Source of the DNA: a virus
IMG/VR virus record: IMGVR_UViG_3300032456_000003
Span: 1-60,712 of that record
Strand: one strand, 5' to 3'
Length of the DNA stretch: 60,712 nt
How positions within the stretch are numbered: the first letter of the stretch is position 1; every line of letters starts with the position of its first letter. A program made the position numbers and the translations under genes. Below the pieces are notes generated by a model. It ran no database searches. It was not told the origin of the DNA and saw only the letters and a program-made list of their open reading frames with translations. Of the stretch, positions 58,755 through 60,712 are shown in pieces.

Positions 58755-59254
58755 GGGGTGTGCCCTCCATCCCGGAGAACGTACACGTGACGGCCGACGC
58801 CTCCCCGCACCCAGGCGTCAGCCTCCGCCTCCGAGTGGAGAAGCTGCACCTCGTAGGGCATCGCCGAGCCGTCGCTGGCCATGCCCACCCAGTGGGGTCC
58901 GGTGGTCGGGACGGTGCCGGCCACCAGCCTGGTCACCGCCCGTACCTGTCCGTTTTCCCTGATGGCGGTTGCCCCTGTGTCCGGGGCGAAGACAATGCCC
59001 AGGTCCGGGTGCTTGGACGCAGACATGGCGTCCAGGCACATCGACGACACGATGGCGATCGCGCCATCGGGGATGAGTGGCATCGCCACCCGCCCGTAGG
59101 TACGGCGGACAACGGGCACCCCACCGATGACATCGCCCGTCGGCGTCTCGACGGCGGTTACCAGGGCGACATGCCCAGACGGGGGGTAGGTCACCTCGGT
59201 GCCGTCGGCGTGCCGCAGCGTGATCGCGTGCGGCGTGAGATTCAGGATGTTCAT
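58751..59254 (-). CDS. hypothetical protein (167 aa)
   Basis: Trimmed to the ATG at 59254 (MNILNLTPHAITL...), which has an AAAGAGGAG SD. Confidence 0.5.
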   Translation of the reverse strand: MNILNLTPHAITLRHADGTEVTYPPSGHVALVTAVETPTGDVIGGVPVVRRTYGRVAMPLIPDGAIAIVSSMCLDAMSASKHPDLGIVFAPDTGATAIRENGQVRAVTRLVAGTVPTTGPHWVGMASDGSAMPYEVQLLHSEAEADAWVRGGVGRHVYVLRDGGHTP

Positions 59255-59321
59255 GGTCCGCTCCTCTTTGTTGGCTCCACCTGGGAAACGCATCTCAGGT
59301 GGGGCCAGTGACAAGAATTTC

Positions 59322-59375
59322 GTTCACAATCCCGCCGCCGGCATCGAGCCGGCTCGCATCCACTGCGGCGGGTGG
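59322..59375 (-). promoter_or_regulatory. tRNA T-arm/acceptor-like minihelix, copy 4 (divergent loop)
   Basis: The minus strand reads CCCGCC-GCAGUGGAUGCGA-GCCGG-CUCGAUG-CCGGC-GGCGGG-AUUGUGAAC. It begins about 5 nt after the stop of 59380-59823. Confidence 0.5.
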
Positions 59376-59379
59376 CTGG

Positions 59380-59823
59380 TCAGCCAGCCACTCGGCTGGG
59401 GTCTATCGGAATGCGGATGGTCAGCATCCTGCGACTGAGGCCGGCCCCGGTCGGCAAAATGGAGGCATGCCACCCGGCAAACCGCAGCGCCTCGATGATT
59501 TGATTTCGTGCAAAGGGCCGCCCCCATACCATGTCCAGCAGCATCGGGGCTGCGCCCCATGTATGCGGCCAGTCGTTACCCTCACCCGCGTGCCGCACCC
59601 ACGAAGCAGGGGGCGGCGTGCGGGTGCCGACGCTGACGCCGTCAGCGACGAGGTGGCGATACTCCATCTCCTGGCCGGGGATGGTGGCAGCCACCGACGG
59701 GTCGATCGAGAATTCGATCAGGAGCGAAAGTGAAGTCGCTCCTGGCCCGAGTGTGACGTGATTCGCCGCCGCGTGTTCTGCGGCGCGTAGGATGATCGCG
59801 ATCTCAGAATCGAAACTCGTCAT
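59380..59823 (-). CDS. hypothetical protein (147 aa)
   Basis: Trimmed to the ATG at 59823 (MTSFDSEIAII...), which has a CAGGAGAG SD. It lies between two minihelix elements. Confidence 0.5.
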   Translation of the reverse strand: MTSFDSEIAIILRAAEHAAANHVTLGPGATSLSLLIEFSIDPSVAATIPGQEMEYRHLVADGVSVGTRTPPPASWVRHAGEGNDWPHTWGAAPMLLDMVWGRPFARNQIIEALRFAGWHASILPTGAGLSRRMLTIRIPIDPSRVAG

Positions 59824-59851
59824 GGTCGTCTCTCCTGTTCGTCTCGTGTTC

Positions 59852-59906
59852 GTCACAATCCCGCCCCCGGAGTCGAACCGGGGAAGCCGCCTATCGGCCG
59901 GGGTGG
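59852..59906 (-). promoter_or_regulatory. tRNA T-arm/acceptor-like minihelix, copy 5 (with extra 4-bp arm)
   Basis: The minus strand reads ACCCCG-GCCG-AUAGG-CGGC-UU-CCCCGG-UUCGACU-CCGGGG-GCGGG-AUUGUGAC. It begins about 4 nt after the stop of 59910-60194. Confidence 0.55.
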
Positions 59907-59909
59907 ATA

Positions 59910-60194
59910 TCAGCACTGGCCGCACTGGCCATCATCGTCGAGCGGTGCGGTGCATCCGCATTCCCAGCATCGACCTTCCTCGCCGCGACTGCGACGGCGG
60001 GGATTACTTGCGGTCGGTGCGGCCGTAGCCGAGGCCACACCGCCGACCGTGTCCGCCATCACCCAGAACTCTTTGCTCCCGTCGAGGAAGCTCAGCTTGG
60101 CCTTGCGGCCGAACTTCGTTTGACCGAGGAACAACAGGCGGTACGTCTTGCCCTTGTAGGTGCAGGTCTTGGCGTTCGTGGTCGTGGTCGGCAT
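59910..60194 (-). CDS. small protein with C-terminal zinc-ribbon-like Cys pairs (94 aa), first gene behind P1
   Basis: The ATG at 60194 follows the conserved leader and a GGAGAG SD. It ends CWECGC...DDDGQCGQC. Confidence 0.5.
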   Translation of the reverse strand: MPTTTTNAKTCTYKGKTYRLLFLGQTKFGRKAKLSFLDGSKEFWVMADTVGGVASATAAPTASNPRRRSRGEEGRCWECGCTAPLDDDGQCGQC

Positions 60195-60238
60195 GGTCGT
60201 CTCTCCGGTTTGCGTGTGTCGTTCTTCCTTACACCTTT

Positions 60239-60291
60239 AATATACGTCGCATGACATTGGATGTCAATGTCATTCGACGGATTATTTAGGA
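60239..60291 (-). promoter_or_regulatory. early promoter P1 (TTGACA-17-TATATT) with palindrome and 28-nt block shared with P2
   Basis: The -35 is at 60262-60267 and the -10 at 60239-60244 on the minus strand. ATGACATTG-gatgt-CAATGTCAT (60251-60273) overlaps the -35. The block 60264-60291 equals 901-928. Confidence 0.6.
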
Positions 60292-60546
60292 AAGCTTTCT
60301 TCGGCGGATTTCCTGGTCCACGGCGAGCATCGCATCGGTCGGAACCCCCCGACGGTCGGCGAGCCACTGATCCACAGTCGTCTTGCGCACGCCGCAAATT
60401 GCGGCGAGGGTAGCTCGGTCGTACTCGAGTAGGGCCATCGCGGCCCGAAGCCCTGCGATGTCCTCGGTTGGTTCTCCATCGACGATAAAGACCGGCCGGC
60501 CAGCAATGCTGGCCGGGTGGTCTACGGTTGCTTCGATCTTCGGCAT
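60286..60546 (-). CDS. XRE/Cro-like HTH DNA-binding protein (86 aa), last gene of operon P2
   Basis: Trimmed to the ATG at 60546 (MPKIEATVD...), which has a GGAGAAAG SD. ATLAAICGVRKTTVDQWLADRRGVP is a helix-turn-helix. Confidence 0.6.
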   Translation of the reverse strand: MPKIEATVDHPASIAGRPVFIVDGEPTEDIAGLRAAMALLEYDRATLAAICGVRKTTVDQWLADRRGVPTDAMLAVDQEIRRRKLS

Positions 60547-60563
60547 GATTGCTTTCTCCGATT

Positions 60564-60596
60564 GTCGGGCGACGACTAGATTGTACGTCGCCCGAC
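60564..60596 (-). promoter_or_regulatory. 11-bp perfect hairpin immediately 5' of the SD of the HTH gene
   Basis: GTCGGGCGACG, an 11-nt loop, then CGTCGCCCGAC. The 3' arm coincides with position 1 of the contig. Confidence 0.45.
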
Positions 60597-60712
60597 GAAC
60601 GCTGGCAAGGTAGATCACCGACCGCCCTTCTCATCCTCCGAGTTGCGGGTGGACTCGATCCGCCCGTCCATCATGGCGTCCCACGCACCCCTTGCGCGGG
60701 TCACCACGGCAT
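60586..60712. repeat. terminal overlap identical to 1-127
   Basis: Verbatim repeat of the first 127 nt. Confidence 0.9.

Overview
The window is a complete, circularly closed genome of a GC-rich tailed phage. The first 127 nt are repeated verbatim at 60586-60712, so the unique length is 60,585 bp. About 90 genes are tightly packed, many with ATGA/GTGA start-stop overlaps. All lie on the minus strand except two small ribbon-helix-helix-like regulator genes (16269-16538 and 56106-56315).

Modules in transcription order, from high to low coordinates:
- Early/regulatory operons (60.5-55.5 kb, wrapping through position 1 to about 0.5 kb). They are driven by near-consensus sigma70 promoters with a conserved leader.
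- DNA methylation, regulation and replication (55-43.7 kb): MT-A70 methylase, SWIM protein, ACP-like protein, pseudo-receiver HTH, CsrA fusion, Sak4-like ATPase, SSB-like protein, primase-helicase, Vsr-like nuclease and C5-methylase.
- Small Zn-finger proteins, a PAPS-reductase-like enzyme, a TIGR02996-domain protein, a radical SAM enzyme and a ParB-like protein (43.7-37 kb).
- Packaging (37-34.3 kb): TerS plus an unusual split and duplicated TerL.
- Mu-like head module (33.8-23 kb): giant portal fusion, KTSC polyvalent protein, gpI-like protease/scaffold, decoration protein and gpT-like capsid.
- Siphovirus-type tail (22.8-7 kb): tube, G/GT chaperones with an A-AAA-AAA slippery site, tape measure, Dit-like protein, and hub and fibre proteins.
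- PhoH, followed by a membrane/lysis cluster with a papain-like peptidase (6.9-1 kb).

The TIGR02996 repeat-companion domain points to a Planctomycetota (Gemmata-like) or myxobacterial host. I recognise no integrase, transposase, reverse transcriptase, CRISPR array or complete tRNA.

Most unusual signals:
- Five tRNA T-arm/acceptor-like minihelices placed right after the first gene(s) of each early operon.
- Two copies of a composite AT-rich repeat with a 173-bp internal period, whose hairpin loop is inverted between the copies.
- Four consensus promoters built from shuffled operator and leader modules.
- A terminase large subunit split into separate ATPase and nuclease genes, with a second ATPase paralogue inserted between them.
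- A C5-methyltransferase whose target-recognition region reads sensibly only in another frame.

All functional calls rest on motif recognition by eye. No database search was run.
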